A DNA stretch of 63,706 nucleotides, filler included, from Octopus bimaculoides (GCF_001194135.2; 6 parts of 5 records of this genome joined end to end with filler, not necessarily neighbours in it), one strand, 5' to 3'. Positions 13,471 through 27,224 are shown, counted from the whole stretch's first letter. Made by a program: numbers and translations. Notes: generated by a model from the sequence alone, not told the origin.

Positions 13471-13866
13471 TCTTTTCACTTATTTCAGTCATTAGGATGT
13501 GGCCATGCTGGAGCACCACCTTGATGAATTTTTAGTCGAATGAATCGATCCCAGTACTATTTGTAAAACCTGGTACTTATTCTATCTATTTCTTTTGCCG
13601 AATCGATAAGTTACGGGGACGTAAACACACTAACACCGGCTTTCAAGCAGTGGTGGGGACAAATACAGACACAAAGGCACGCAAGCACACACACACACAC
13701 ACACACACACATATGGCTTCTAGTTTCCGTCTACCAAATTCATTTGCAAGGCTTTGGTCTATCCAAGGTTATAATAGAAGACACTTGTCCAAGATGCCAC
13801 GCAGTGGAACTGAACCTGGAGCTATGCAGTTGGGAAGCAAGCTTCTCACCACAAAGCCACACATGC
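13471..13866 (-). mobile_element. SINE family A, full length, diverged
   Basis: Tail, body, internal (CA)n and head are all recognisable against the other copies. Confidence 0.85.
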
Positions 13867-14008
13867 ACTTATATTTATGAAATTTATTGTTCTTGTTGCC
13901 TGTATTATCACTAGCCTAAAATATATATTTTTCCATCTCATTTTCCAATGGTATATTTTTTCTTTCTTTCTTTCTTTTTTCTTGTTTTTTTTTTTTTTTT
14001 TTTTTTTT

Positions 14009-14108
14009 NNNNNNNNNNNNNNNNNNNNNNNNNNNNNNNNNNNNNNNNNNNNTTAATTAATTAANNNNNNNNNNNNNNNNNNNNNNNNNNNNNNNNNNNN
14101 NNNNNNNN
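14009..14108. other. Artificial scaffold spacer 44N-TTAATTAATTAA-44N (also at 24611-24710, 28382-28481, 57857-57956, 61904-62003)
   Basis: Identical 100-bp construct five times; the 12-mer has stop codons in all six frames. Confidence 0.95.
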
Positions 14109-14397
14109 ACTCCAAAATGGCTGAAGTTCAAAAGATAGTGCTCATGGGAACTGCCCATATCCTACGTAAAATACTGTCTCTGTGATCTCAAATTTTAAAG
14201 CAAACAGATAATTTTCTTATGGTTTCTTAAATATTCACTAAAACTAAACTGTACAAATCCAAATATATGGTACCCTAGGCATAACACCTACATGAACTTC
14301 TAACTTGTTGTCTCTTGAGGTCTCTGGGTGAGACTTGGATCCAACTTGTACAAATGCAAAACAAAAGTCAAACATAATATAATAATAATAATAATAA
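14109..14397 (+). mobile_element. R4/Dong-like LINE 3' end with (TAA)n tail
   Basis: KMAEVQKIVLMGTAHILRKILSL* matches the C-terminus of restriction-like-endonuclease LINEs; followed by a 3' UTR and AAT repeats. Confidence 0.75.
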
Positions 14398-14946
14398 ACT
14401 GACCACGTAGCCTGAAGTTTGGAGACAAACGGGTAGTGGATTACATGGAGTACAGCGTTCATTCGGTGATTATTTAATGAACCCAGAAAAAGATAAAATG
14501 CACTGTCGATAAGAGCTGGATTTAAAATCTGAATCTAACGACGGATGAAATGTCGCTGTTTTGTGTCACACTAAAAATACTAACTGCTCGCGGCGTTACA
14601 GCAGTAATAAAATTAATTACGATAAGAATAATTATTATTATCACCTGCTTACACTTGAAGTCTAAAGTCAGTCGGTGTAATTATGTCCATATAATTATTT
14701 ATTCTGTGGCAGTATCACTTGAGACGCAAAGTTCTGTTTCGTATAGAAATATTGTATACCGCTGTATCTATATTTTGCGGCTGCTTGGGTTTTTGTGTGA
14801 TCAAAGCAGGTTCCAGAAAAGAGGAGTGGCTATCTTAAAGAGGTCATCGGCGAAGTAAACAAACGAAAATTATATACGTTGATCATTTTGTTCATCGCTG
14901 ATCAATACAATCATTTCATAAATCTGTTTCCACACGTACACGCAGA

Positions 14947-14992
<46 letters not shown>

Positions 14993-16302
14993 TAGCACAC
15001 ACACATAAACACACGCACGCACAGAGGTGTACACATGTGTATCTTATTGCATATCTATGTATATGTTAGTGTGTGTGTTGTGTGTGTGTATGTGCATGTG
15101 CGTGTACGTCTGTGTAAGAACTGGCTGATTTGCTTGCGTCAACGTGTACCCGTAAATTAGGGGCCTGGCAAAACACACTGACAGAATAACGACCGCGTCT
15201 GATGTGCTTGACTAAACCTTTCAAGGTGGTACACCAGCATGGTCGCAGTTTAATGATTGAAACAAGAACAATATAAACGATAATATCTAATTATATATAT
15301 ATATATATATANNNNNNNNNNNNNNNNNNNNNNNNNNNNNNNNNNNNNNNNNNNNNNNNNNNNNNNNNNNNNNNNNNNNNNNNNNNNNNNNNNNNNNNNN
15401 NNNNNNNNNNNNNNNNNNNNNNNNNNNNNNNNNNNNNNNNNNNNNNNNNNNNNNNNNNNNNNNNNNNNNNNNNNNNNNNNNNNNNNNNNNNNNNNNNNNN
15501 NNNNNNNNNNNNNNNNNNNNNNNNNNNNNNNNNNNNNNNNNNNNNNNNNNNNNNNNNNNNNNNNNNNNNNNNNNNNNNNNNNNNNNNNNNNNNNNNNNNN
15601 NNNNTCTCTATTTATCTATATATATATATCCAGCTATCTATGTTGATTAGACGTTCAAGTGTTATATCTAGGTTAGTTTTGATCTTATGTCTGTCCACTC
15701 CGTTCTAAGTTAATGTTAAACCATGACAATAGCTATATGAGCGCAATTATTAGACGTAGATGTCTAACCGTATTAGAAATGACATGCATCGATTTAGCGG
15801 TTGCGAACGAAGTGGGTGGTCCACGCTTTAATACGGATGTCACTGCATTGTCTGCTATATAAACTTGTACACGGTACCAGGGAGTTGCGGTAAATTGAAG
15901 GGCTGCACTACAAAACAAATGCGCTTGAAATTTCACTGATATGAATACATAATGGTACCCACAACCATCTATTGCAGGAAGAGAGGTGACGAGATACTAA
16001 GTTAAGGATCTGCTAAATATAAGCACTAAAGTCACTCAAATCACAGAAATCACAATTAGAAAATAAATTGAGCTTCACTGAAGTTAATAGTGATTGGATA
16101 AGTCAATAAAACTCTCAATTACCTGATTCAGTCAACTTCATCCACGATGGGATACTGTTTTAAAGGGTTTAGGAGAAGGATTTATTTCTCTAAGTTTGTA
16201 CTAAATTCTGTTGGGTTAGAGAATCCCTATTTATGAGTAGGGGACAAACACAAACAGACTTGGATATGCGTTTGTGAATATGTGTGTGTTTGTGTATATA
16301 TA

Positions 16303-16630
16303 CAGGGTGTCCCCGTAAAAAATGTATACGCACTTTGGCAGCTGATAATTCAATTGATGTTTTTCATTCCAGATAAAACGGATTGAATTTAATGATGGCA
16401 GTCGGACTAAGCTTTGAACAAAGGAAATTCATTCTAAGAACAGATCAACCAATGCGACTCACTATCACTCAAATTGGAGATAAGTTTGAAGCTGACAGAA
16501 CGGTTGGGAATGTCCACGAGAATGCACACTTTCCAACAAAGATTGTGTGGAGTGATGAGATCACATTCAAATTAAATGGTTCAGATAACCGCCACAGTTG
16601 CACCTACTGCAGATGCGAAATTCCGCATGT
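16303..16630 (+). mobile_element. Internally deleted Tc1/mariner transposon, 5' part
   Basis: TA-CAGGGTGTCCC terminus; [17 protein letters not shown] (HTH-like) fused to [23 protein letters not shown] (first D of the DDE/D triad); runs into a gap. Confidence 0.75.
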
Positions 16631-17207
16631 TATATATANNNNNNNNNNNNNNNNNNNNNNNNNNNNNNNNNNNNNNNNNNNNNNNNNNNNNNNNNNNNNN
16701 NNNNNNNNNNNNNNNNNNNNNNNNNNNNNNNNNNNNNNNNNNNNNNNNNNNNNNNNNNNNNNNNNNNNNNNNNNNNNNNNNNNNNNNNNNNNNNNNNNNN
16801 NNNNNNNNNNNNNNNNNNNNNNNNNNNNNNNNNNNNNNATATATACATAAATACATACACACGTATGTGCGCGTGTCTAAACACACACACCCATATGACA
16901 TATACATTTACAAGTGGTTTCAACATACTTTCCCTATGCCAATTTCACTTGCAATCAATTATGGATGGTAGAAACAAGTGTTCATGGCACAGCAGGCCTG
17001 AACCCGAAGACTTGTAGTGGCAAATCGAGCTCCTTAACTGTATAGCCATGCCAAAAATGATTACAATTATAACAGGATGTGTATATATATTTATATATAG
17101 ATAGATATATATAATATACTTTTCATCACAGGTATGCTGAGGAACGTCCTATCTGCGGTTAAATAACAATAAGAACAAAAGTATAACAACTATTATTATT
17201 ATTATTA

Positions 17208-17270
<63 letters not shown>

Positions 17271-17722
17271 TTATTATTACTAATGCCTATTACTTTAGCT
17301 GGGAAGAGAGTCTAGTTGAGAGAGACACAAACAGCGAATGTAGCTGAGGTGTGTGATTATTTTCTGCTGTTAGACCACAACTGCATGGAATTAAAGTGTT
17401 TCTCCTGTATAGAGAGGAACCGTGAAATAAATAATATTTTAAAGGCAGTAGCGGGGCAGGTAGGAGAGTATGGTCTGACTGGTTCCAGGGAGACAACTGT
17501 AGGACGACTAACCATTAGAAGGCGGTTACAGCAGTTGTCCAGTTCTCCTGGCGCTAGTTTCATTTTCACTTTCTAAAACATATGAATAACAATTAGATAT
17601 TTATATATTTTGTTTTTTCTTACATAAATATTTGCTAACCTTTACTCTGCACTTGAACCGCAGTTTTACGATATACAATTTTTATTCTCTCACTCTCTCT
17701 CTATCTATCTCTCACTCTCATA

Positions 17723-17758
<36 letters not shown>

Positions 17759-17762
17759 ATAA

Positions 17763-17809
<47 letters not shown>

Positions 17810-19384
17810 CCTGGCTTCCTATCTATTTATGTATCTACCTGTGCGTGTGCGTGTGCGTGTTGCTGCCTAAGTGTGTATAAAAACACGCCTAAGCTTAAAT
17901 AGAACTTTCAAAATATTCGTATATATAATTATTTAGCTGAAGACATACACGCACGCACGCGCACACACACACATACATATATACATACGGTAAGTATATA
18001 GAGAGACACGAATAAACACCTATACATACATATTCATATTTCTACGTATACTAATATATACATAAGTATATATATATATATATATNNNNNNNNNNNNNNN
18101 NNNNNNNNNNNNNNNNNNNNNNNNNNNNNNNNNNNNNNNNNNNNNNNNNNNNNNNNNNNNNNNNNNNNNNNNNNNNNNNNNNNNNNNNNNNNNNNNNNNN
18201 NNNNNNNNNNNNNNNNNNNNNNNNNNNNNNNNNNNNNNNNNNNNNNNNNNNNNNNNNNNNNNNNNNNNNNNNNNNNNNNNNNNNNNNNNNNNNNNNNNNN
18301 NNNNNNNNNNNNNNNNNNNNNATATACTGAGACACACATATTATTTATGTGTATTTGTGTGTCTGTGTGTGCGTATCTACGTATCTATATAAGCATGTGT
18401 GTAATTCTTTGTTTCGTTGTGCATAATCCTCCACTCGCGTATGTTTGTGTCTGAGTCTGTGTGTTTGTGTGCGTGCGTGTGTGTGTTTGTGTGCGTATGT
18501 GTGTGTGTTTGTGTGGGTGTGTGTGTGTGTGTGTGTGTGTGCCGATGTATGGGTTCGTAAAATTACCGCTTCAATTGACTCAACAAAATGTCTCCGTTTC
18601 TAACCTCCTACCTCTACCACGCTGTCGTGATTTCCAGCACCTCCCTTCCTCTCTAAAGTTACGTTTTCCTCCTACCACTGCTACTACAATCCCCTTTCCT
18701 ATCCCATTCCTTCACTATCTCTCTAATTGTCACCTTCCTCACATCTTCCCCTTCCTTTCTATTTACATTTCTCCCATCCCACTTTATTGCTGTCAATATT
18801 TTCTACACAAACATTAAATAAACTCATCGTTTCTCTGCCTTCTCCTTTCATTTTCGTTCATTATGTCTTACCTCTCCATTATCTGTGGCACATCTCTTCA
18901 ACCCCTATTACCCTTATTACCCCACTCCTTATTCACATCCCCACTCTTTGTAATAGATATATATGTATTCTCTTCATAGACTTCACAAAGTGTGTGTGCA
19001 TGTGTGTGAGTGTGTGTTTCTTGCCGTATCCTTTATCTCTGTATATGAATATAAACACAATGTGCGAATAGTCAAGAATGAATTGCAAGGGTCAATACTT
19101 CTCTTTCATGCCCCTCTTTCCCTATCTCTGTCACTCTCTCTCTCTCTTTCTTTGTCTTTCTCTCTTTCTTCCTCCCTCTCTTCCCCTTCGTTTTTTCTTT
19201 TCCATTTATTTCGTGATGCGTATATCAGCTTTCATGTGTTGATATGTGTATCGCTGTTTATGAACATGCGTACATATGCATATACACGCAGGCAATTATA
19301 TATGAATGCTTGTCTATACATACACACACAAACACACACATATACATATATGTGTGTGTGTGTGTATGTGTGTGTGTCTGTGTT

Positions 19385-19620
19385 TGACTGGTGTGTTTAC
19401 GTCCCCGTGGCCTAGCGGTTCCGCAAAAAGAGACCGATCGAATAAGTACTAGGCTTACAAAAAATAAGTCCTGGTGTCGATTTTCTCGACTAAAGGTGGT
19501 GCTCCAGCATGGCCGCAGTCAAATGACTGTTACATGTTTCACTCATCTGACTGCGGCCATTCTGGAGCACTGCCTCATGGGGTTTTAGTTGTAGACATCG
19601 AGCCCAGAACTTAGTTCATG
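19385..19620. mobile_element. Two family A SINE 3' fragments, tail-to-tail
   Basis: Plus copy to about 19528 and minus copy from about 19542; they share GTGCTCCAGCATGGCCGCAGTCA in inverted orientation. Confidence 0.75.
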
Positions 19621-19629
19621 TCACTCACC

Positions 19630-19920
19630 GGGCTGATGACATCAATAGAAAGTTGAACAGTGTTTGCGGCAGAACGAGCTGGTTTCTTTGAAAGTTTCCT
19701 TGCTCAAGATGTGTGTTAAGTTCATAACTTTGAACTGGAGACAAAGAGAAAATCCATGGACTGGGAAAACCCCTCCTCATCTGTTCCAAAGGAGGCGAAG
19801 GTCGTTTCATCTGCAGGGAAGTCTCTGACCTCAGATTTTTGCGACTCAAAAGGCATTGCGATTATTAACTATGATCAGAAAGGCCACACCACCGTGGTAG
19901 AATATTATGCTACCATGCTG
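19630..19920 (+). mobile_element. Mariner (DD34D-type) transposase relic
   Basis: VHNFELETKRKSMDWENPSSSVPKEAKVVSSAGKSLTSDFCDSKGIAIINYDQKGHTTVVEYYATMLRE; typical mariner catalytic region with in-frame stops. Confidence 0.8.
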
Positions 19921-20172
19921 AGAGAGGTATGACATCATCATCACGGCAATATTGATTTCCTAAGAAATTCTTTTTATGTTGTGGGTCAGAAGCATAGGCA
20001 GGGTTATCGACAAGCTCAAGGCCACTATCACGCACATCAACTAATGAAACCAATGCTTTGTGGGCTGCAGCTTTGTTCTGATGAAAGAAATCTCGTTTCG
20101 TAAGTTTTGTAAATGCCTTACTAACATGACTTAGTAATTCCCTCCCTTCACACTATGGCCCGTTTGAAGATT

Positions 20173-20229
<57 letters not shown>

Positions 20230-21540
20230 TCTCGCTATTTATACCTATGTCTAAATTCCCCCTTTTTGGCTTCGAAGGTAGGTGTTCAATGATCGATAAA
20301 TACTGCAATGCAGTGACAAGATTGCCACTCAGGTATGCATATCTGCTGCTAATCAAAGATATCCTTATTCATATTGTCATTGATTAATCTTGCCTATCAT
20401 ATCAAGAACGAAAAAAAGAAAACAATAAAGAATACCAACTTTGTACCAAGTTAAGCTACAGTCATTTTCCTCCTGGGAGTCAAATGTACTCTAAAGATAA
20501 AACGTGGTTGAAATTTATATTTCATTTATACATTTATATATGTCCATCATGTCGTATATTTGACAATATAACATGTGTGTTATTTTGTTCTTAGACTATC
20601 TGTTGCATAGAAAAACACGCCAGTATTGATATTTCATTTCTGATAATTTGAAACTTAGATGTCTACCACTCAAAATAGATCGGGCCAATTATATGATATA
20701 TGATATATAGGTTGACGATATATGTGATAGACAGAAATATAGCTTGGATACTAACGAGAATCTGAGCCTTTTTCAGATTTTAAGAAATAATTCTTAGGTT
20801 TCTGAATAACAGACATGTGTGAGGAAAATATAGTCGAGAGTTTGGCATAAAAATGATCAAATTGTCATCGATATAAAATCATCTATATAATTACGTATAT
20901 GTAATATGTTACGTGTGAGAGAAAGGGACGAATATAATAACAGTGTTAAATGTTGGTAGAAGGCCAATAATTTCGGCGGAAGGAGTGGGTTTATTATATT
21001 GATCTCAATACTGAACTTGTACTGTTTTTATCAACCCCGAAAATATGAAAGACAATATCGAACTCGGCGGAATTTGAACTCAAAATGTAAGCGTGTATCT
21101 ATGTATGTTACTGTAAGTTTGTGTTTGTTCCTCTTCACTGCTTCACAACCGTTGTTGGTGTCTGTTTCGGAAAAAGAGTCTGGAAGATTAATTAGAATAC
21201 TTAAAGAAAAAAAAATAGGTACACACTTGCAAGGATTGATGAGTTCAACAAAATCATTCAAGATGGTACCCTCGTATGGCCACATTCCATTGACTGAAAC
21301 AAGTAGAAAAGAAAGAAATTTGAAAGCAATTAAAAGAAATATACTTTATACATAAATCTGAACACAAATTCCTAAAAGGGAAAAGGTAACCGCACTGCTC
21401 CCCCTGATTATCATTAATTACCCACATACACAAACCGCTTCAATTTCACTTTGATTTTTCGCAGGTCGTGTAACAGTAACTTACCTTCATGCACGGACAA
21501 TCTCGAAAACCGAAGAAAAGGATAACAACTGATTTCATAT

Positions 21541-21641
21541 GCCCATGGGCATATAGCATAGTGGATAAGAGCGTGGGCTAGTAACCCCAAGATTCCAAGT
21601 TCGATTCCAGGCAGTGACCTGAATAATAATAATGATAATAA
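21541..21641 (+). mobile_element. tRNA-derived SINE head, family C (tRNA-Thr(AGT)-like loop), with (AAT)n
   Basis: TAGCATAGTGG A-box, CTAGTAA loop, GTTCGATTCC B-box; no proper acceptor stem; homologous to 24060-24157 (-). Confidence 0.65.
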
Positions 21642-23892
21642 TTGGATTCATATAATATATTTCCGTATTTAACCTTTAAGAAATGTAATTTACTTCTTAG
21701 TGTTGAGAGGAAGGAAAATATTTATTCTCAAATCGTACGACTGATCTCAGTTCTTATATGAGATTGAACTTCAATAAACCTTACAATGAAAAGTGATAAT
21801 GTGGACAGTACTAATAATTTTCGAAAAGTTCGTCAAAAAATATTTGCAAAAGAACTATATTCTTCAATTATTTCTTATCGATCATTCCACGTAGCCCTGC
21901 ATAATCACCATGGGTCATGCTAAATGGGATTTGTGATACTTTTATTTATCGTTAGAAACATTAACTAAAAATACAACCATTGGAAATATGACTGCACAAG
22001 GGCATATGCTCAATGAATAAACAAGAAGTAATTAATGTTTACAGGGCTTAATTATGTTTCTCAAATAATATTCAGTTCTGCGATATCTGATAAACTTCAC
22101 ACAGTGTAGTTAATCTTTGAGAAGATTGTGGTATAGTTGTGGAACAATTGTTTTCCAACATTCAGAAATAAAACAATCTTCATTATCGACAATACTAAAC
22201 ACAGAAATGTATGATATCCAGAACTTTGCATGTATATATATTTCTAAGAAATTCTTTGAAATATTTCACAAAGCAATAAATTTGATATTGAAAACTAAAT
22301 ACTTGTAAAACATAGATTTGATGTACTTTTGGAAGTCTAGTGACATTTTGGTAGACAAACCTTCCATGGTTGCTGTCGAAGTAAATTGTATTAAGATAGT
22401 TAAAGAGCAAATCAACTAGCTCTTAGTGAAAAGAAAATTTTGTATCTGGTATCATATTACAAAATTATATTATATTATATAATTTTATATTATATTATAT
22501 ATGACTTGCTGTCTGGTTTAGCTTGTACTACGTCAAGCATTATTCAATTTTTATTTCGTAGGAATTGTTTTTATATTTATTTTTTTTTTCTTCTTCTTAT
22601 TATATATATATNNNNNNNNNNNNNNNNNNNNNNNNNNNNNNNNNNNNNNNNNNNNNNNNNNNNNNNNNNNNNNNNNNNNNNNNNNNNNNNNNNNNNNNNN
22701 NNNNNNNNNNNNNNNNNNNNNNNNNNNNNNNNNNNNNNNNNNNNNNNNNNNNNNNNNNNNNNNNNNNNNNNNNNNNNNNNNNNNNNNNNNNNNNNNNNNN
22801 NNNNNNNNNNNNNNNNNNNNNNNNNNNNNNNNNNNNNNNNNNNNNNNNNNNNNNNNNNNNNNNNNNNNNNNNNNNNNNNNNNNNNNNNNNNNNNNNNNNN
22901 NNNNNNNNNNNNNNNNNNNNNNNNNNNNNNNNNNNNNNNNNNNNNNNNNNNNNNNNNNNNNNNNNNNNNNNNNNNNNNNNNNNNNNNNNNNNNNNNNNNN
23001 NNNNNNNNNNNNNNNNNNNNNNNNNNNNNNNNNNNNNNNNNNNNNNNNNNNNNNNNNNNNNNNNNNNNNNNNNNNNNNNNNNNNNNNNNNNNNNNNNNNN
23101 NNNNNNNNNNNNNNNNNNNNNNNNNNNNNNNNNNNNNNNNNNNNNNNNNNNNNNNNNNNNNNNNNNNNNNNNNNNNNNNNNNNNNNNNNNNNNNNNNNNN
23201 NNNNNNNNNNNNNNNNNNNNNNNNNNNNNNNNNNNNNNNNNNNNNNNNNNNNNNNNNNNNNNNNNNTGTGTGTGTGTGTGTGTGTGTGTATGTGTGTGTG
23301 TGTGTGTGTGTATGTATATGTATATATATGCCATGATATGTTAAAGTATGAAGGGCCGTATGAATGAATTAACGTATTTATGTATCTATGTGTGTATGTA
23401 CGTACGTAAGTATGTATTTATCTATGTGCATTCGTCTCACATTTTTCCCATTGTGAACAAATATACTTAACGATATTTATTCTTTAAAAAAAGTCTGTAA
23501 AATAAATTTGGGTAAGAAGCAAACAATGCCACATATTTATTAAATGTTCCGATATTCCAGTAACATTTACCTTCCAATCTATTACGTCTGTTCGGTGAAT
23601 TATATTTTTATGAAACTGAACTGGAAACAGACCAAATAGTGCATCGTTATGGCAATTATATATTTTCTACTTTAATGGAGTTCAACACAAACGTCTTTTA
23701 CATTTTCCAGAATGTGGCCATGCTGGGGCAACGCCTTGAAGAACTTTTACTCGATTGAATCGAAATTAGTACTTATTTTACCCTCGAACAAAAAATATTG
23801 CTCTCATGTCTTGAGACATAACAGACAGAAAGTAACAGAGAAATAAACAGGGAGTGAAAATAGAAAATATATATAGTATTTATGTTATTTAT

Positions 23893-24218
23893 ATTATTTA
23901 CATTTGACGGGTATTTGTCCTCATCTTCTTTGTTGTTAACACAACTTTTCGGTTGATATACCCTCCAACCTTCATCAGATGTATTGGGGTAATTTCAAAA
24001 ATGCGTTCTCTATTCTAAGGTATTTTTCGATTATGTAATTCTTATCATAATTCTTCTTCGTATTATTATTATTATACAGGTCAGTGCGTGGAATCGAACT
24101 CGGAATCTTGCACTTAGTAGCCCGCGCTCTTAACCACTACGCCATATATCCGTAGGCACATCAGCCGAAACGTTGTGTTAACAATAAACAAGACAAATAT
24201 CCTTCGAATGTAAATAAT
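23893..24218 (-). mobile_element. Family C tRNA-headed element with Penelope-type tail and an inverted tail copy
   Basis: Head at 24157-24075, AAT linker, tail containing CTGATGA..GAAA; 24160-24218 is an inverted copy of 23893-23957. Confidence 0.65.
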
Positions 24219-24804
24219 ATCAATAATGTACATAATTCCTCATATATATATAATACAAAGAATATATATACATGTATACACACATATATGTACATACTTA
24301 CATCTACATGTGTATATACATGCATATCAGGGTACATGACGTTAGAACAATAAACTACAGACAACGGAACGAACACATAGGAAAACGGAAAGCCCCTTGG
24401 AATATCCCTTCATCAGCTGTCTCTATTCTATCTAGACGTTTCGAAGACCAGACAGGACGTACTCTAGAATAGTCTCTTCCTGAGTAGTGGATCAACCAAC
24501 TACACAGAGGATTCCAAGGTGGCAAACACAAACCAAGACTGGAAAAAATGGACAGTGAAAACAACATTCAAAAGCCGTACGGCCAAACGCAAATCTGAGG
24601 TAGAACGCTANNNNNNNNNNNNNNNNNNNNNNNNNNNNNNNNNNNNNNNNNNNNTTAATTAATTAANNNNNNNNNNNNNNNNNNNNNNNNNNNNNNNNNN
24701 NNNNNNNNNNTCATTTATTCATTCAAACTCTGTCTGACTCTCGACTACAGCTGATTGCATTTTATGTCTATTTGTACAAATATTACAGTCAATAAAATAT
24801 CGGG

Positions 24805-24849
<45 letters not shown>

Positions 24850-25053
24850 TAGTAGTAGTAAGGTGGTGGTGGTGGTGGTGGTAGCAGTGGCGGTGGTGGC
24901 GGCGTTGGTAGTGGTGATGGTTGATTTGGTGGTTGCGGTGATCATGGGTGTGTGTGTGGTATGGGTATGTTGTCTTAGACACAAGATGACCAGGAAAAAA
25001 AAAACAGAAAACAAAGATGGATAGTCACGACCGGCTTACCTTTGATCCCAATT

Positions 25054-25286
25054 CTTATTTCTTTACTGCCCACAAGGGGCTACACACAGAGGGGACAAAC
25101 AAGGACAGACAAACGGATTAAGTCGATTATATCGACACCAGTGCGTAACTGGTACTTATTTAATCGACCCCGAAAGGATGAAAGGCAAAGTCGACCTCGG
25201 CGGAATTTGAACTCAGAACGTAAAGACAAACTATATGCCGCTAAGTATTTCGGCCGGCGTGCTAACGATTCTGCTAGTTCTCCACC
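25054..25286 (-). mobile_element. Family B SINE, full length
   Basis: High similarity to the 30654 and 47672 copies. Confidence 0.9.
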
Positions 25287-25331
25287 AAACAACCTCTTTC
25301 GCCATTTTTAACCTTTTTTAAAGTCTTTTAC

Positions 25332-25720
25332 CTTTTACTTGTTTCAACCATTTGACTGCGGCCATGGAGGAGCAAAGCCTTGAAAAAGGGTTTTAGTCGA
25401 GTGAATCGAATCCAGGAGGTTTTTAGGCCTTGTATTTAACCTATCGTTTCTCTTTCTGAACTGTTAAGTTATAGAAATGTAAACAAACCAACACTTGTGT
25501 GTGTGTTTATCCCAATACTAGGATAAACAGACACACAAAGACACACACACACACACACACATACACACACACACACACATCCCACAGTCCTATTTCAGTC
25601 TCCGTTTACCTACTCACAAGGCTTTGGTCGGGCCCAGAACTATTGTAGAAAGGGTCATGTAGTATGAGTGAACCCAGAACCATGTGGTTGAGATGCAAGC
25701 TTACTACACAACCACGCCTG
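25332..25720 (-). mobile_element. Family A SINE, degraded
   Basis: Tail TTTGACTGCGGCCATG, internal (CA)n, partial head. Confidence 0.7.
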
Positions 25721-25790
25721 CGTCACCAAACACTGCCTGCACTAACAACAATAACAACAACAACAACAATAATAATAATAATAATAATAA

Positions 25791-26005
25791 TCGTTTCTAC
25801 TATAGACACAAAGCCTGAAATTTTGAGGGAGGGGGTAATCGATTACATTGACCCCAGTGCTTGACTGATACTTTGATTTTCATCGACTCTGAAAGGATAA
25901 AGGGTAAAGTCGACCTCGGCGGAATTTGAACTCTGAACGTAAAGAGGGACAAAATCCCGCTAAGCATTTCATCCAGCGTGCTAATGATTCTGCCAGCTAA
26001 TCACC
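25791..26005 (-). mobile_element. Family B SINE
   Basis: AAAGTCGACCTCGGCGGAATTTGAACTC..GCTAAGCATTTC. Confidence 0.8.
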
Positions 26006-26339
26006 TCAATGGCATTAATCAGGAATAGCATCATCGACGGTGCTAGCAATCCTGTCATGAATCAGTGTCAAAGAGGCTTGTGGTTAGTTAATTGTCAAGT
26101 TGACGGTATCAGCTTCGAGCAACCTGCTCCCTGGCCGACCTACAAAAAAGGTGCGTTGAAGACTTTGTATTTCAATGATAGGCCAGACGTAGTAAAAGGT
26201 GGTGTTGAAGGAAAGAGGTCGTTAAGGTGACCTCACCAAGATTTGAACTCTGTACCTAAGGAACCAGAACAAATACAGCCGAGCAATTGTTCTACGCTCT
26301 ACTGGTTCTGACACTACAACACACGGCTGTAAATCACTT

Positions 26340-26687
26340 CCAGACACTTTCTTCTCTCTCTTCTTCTTCTTCTTCTTCTTCTTCTTCTTCTTCTTCTTCT
26401 TCTTCCTCCGCCTCTTTCTCTTTCTCTTGCTCATTCTCTCACTCTCCTTATTATTATCCCTCCCTCTTCTTCCACTATTCTCTCTATCTGTCTCTCTCAC
26501 TCACTCTCTCACTCTCGCTCTGTCATTTTCTCTCGCTCCTTCTTTACTTATCCTCTGTCTGTCTCTCTTATTCACTCTCTCGTCCCCACCTTCTATTCTT
26601 TTCTCACTTTCTCTCTCCTTCAACTATCCTCTCTGTCATTCTCTTTCTTTCTTTCTTTCGTTCTCTCTCTCTCTGTCTCTCTCTCTG

Positions 26688-26753
<66 letters not shown>

Positions 26754-27184
26754 ATTCCCCCGTTCTTTATCTTTTCCGTCCCTATTTANNNNNNNNNNNN
26801 NNNNNNNNNNNNNNNNNNNNNNNNNNNNNNNNNNNNNNNNNNNNNNNNNNNNNNNNNNNNNNNNNNNNNNNNNNNNNNNNNNNNNNNNNNNNNNNNNNNN
26901 NNNNNNNNNNNNNNNNNNNNNNNNNNNNNNNNNNNNNNNNNNNNNNNNNNNNNNNNNNNNNNNNNNNNNNNNNNNNNNNNNNNNNNNNNNNNNNNNNNNN
27001 NNNNNNNNNNNNNNNNNNNNNNNNNNNNNNNNNNNNNNNNNNNNNNNNNNNNNNNNNNNNNNNNNNNNNNNNNNNNNNNNNNNNNNNNNNNNNNNNNNNN
27101 NNNNNNNNNNNNNNNNNNNNNNNNNNNNNNNNNNNNNNNNNNTCTTTCTTTCTTTCGTTCTCTCTCTCTCTGTCTCTCTCTCTG

Positions 27185-27224
<40 letters not shown>

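Noticed and set aside
14053-14064. TTAATTAATTAA as a homeodomain site or conserved motif (five occurrences)
   Set aside because: Always centred in exactly 44+44 Ns; an assembly spacer.
17374-17459. Possible + exon HNCMELKCFSCIERNREINNILKAVAGQ
   Set aside because: Plausible splice signals but no homology or partner exons.
21541-21620. Intact tRNA-Thr gene
   Set aside because: Acceptor and anticodon stems do not pair fully, and it is followed by the family's AAT linker; a SINE head.
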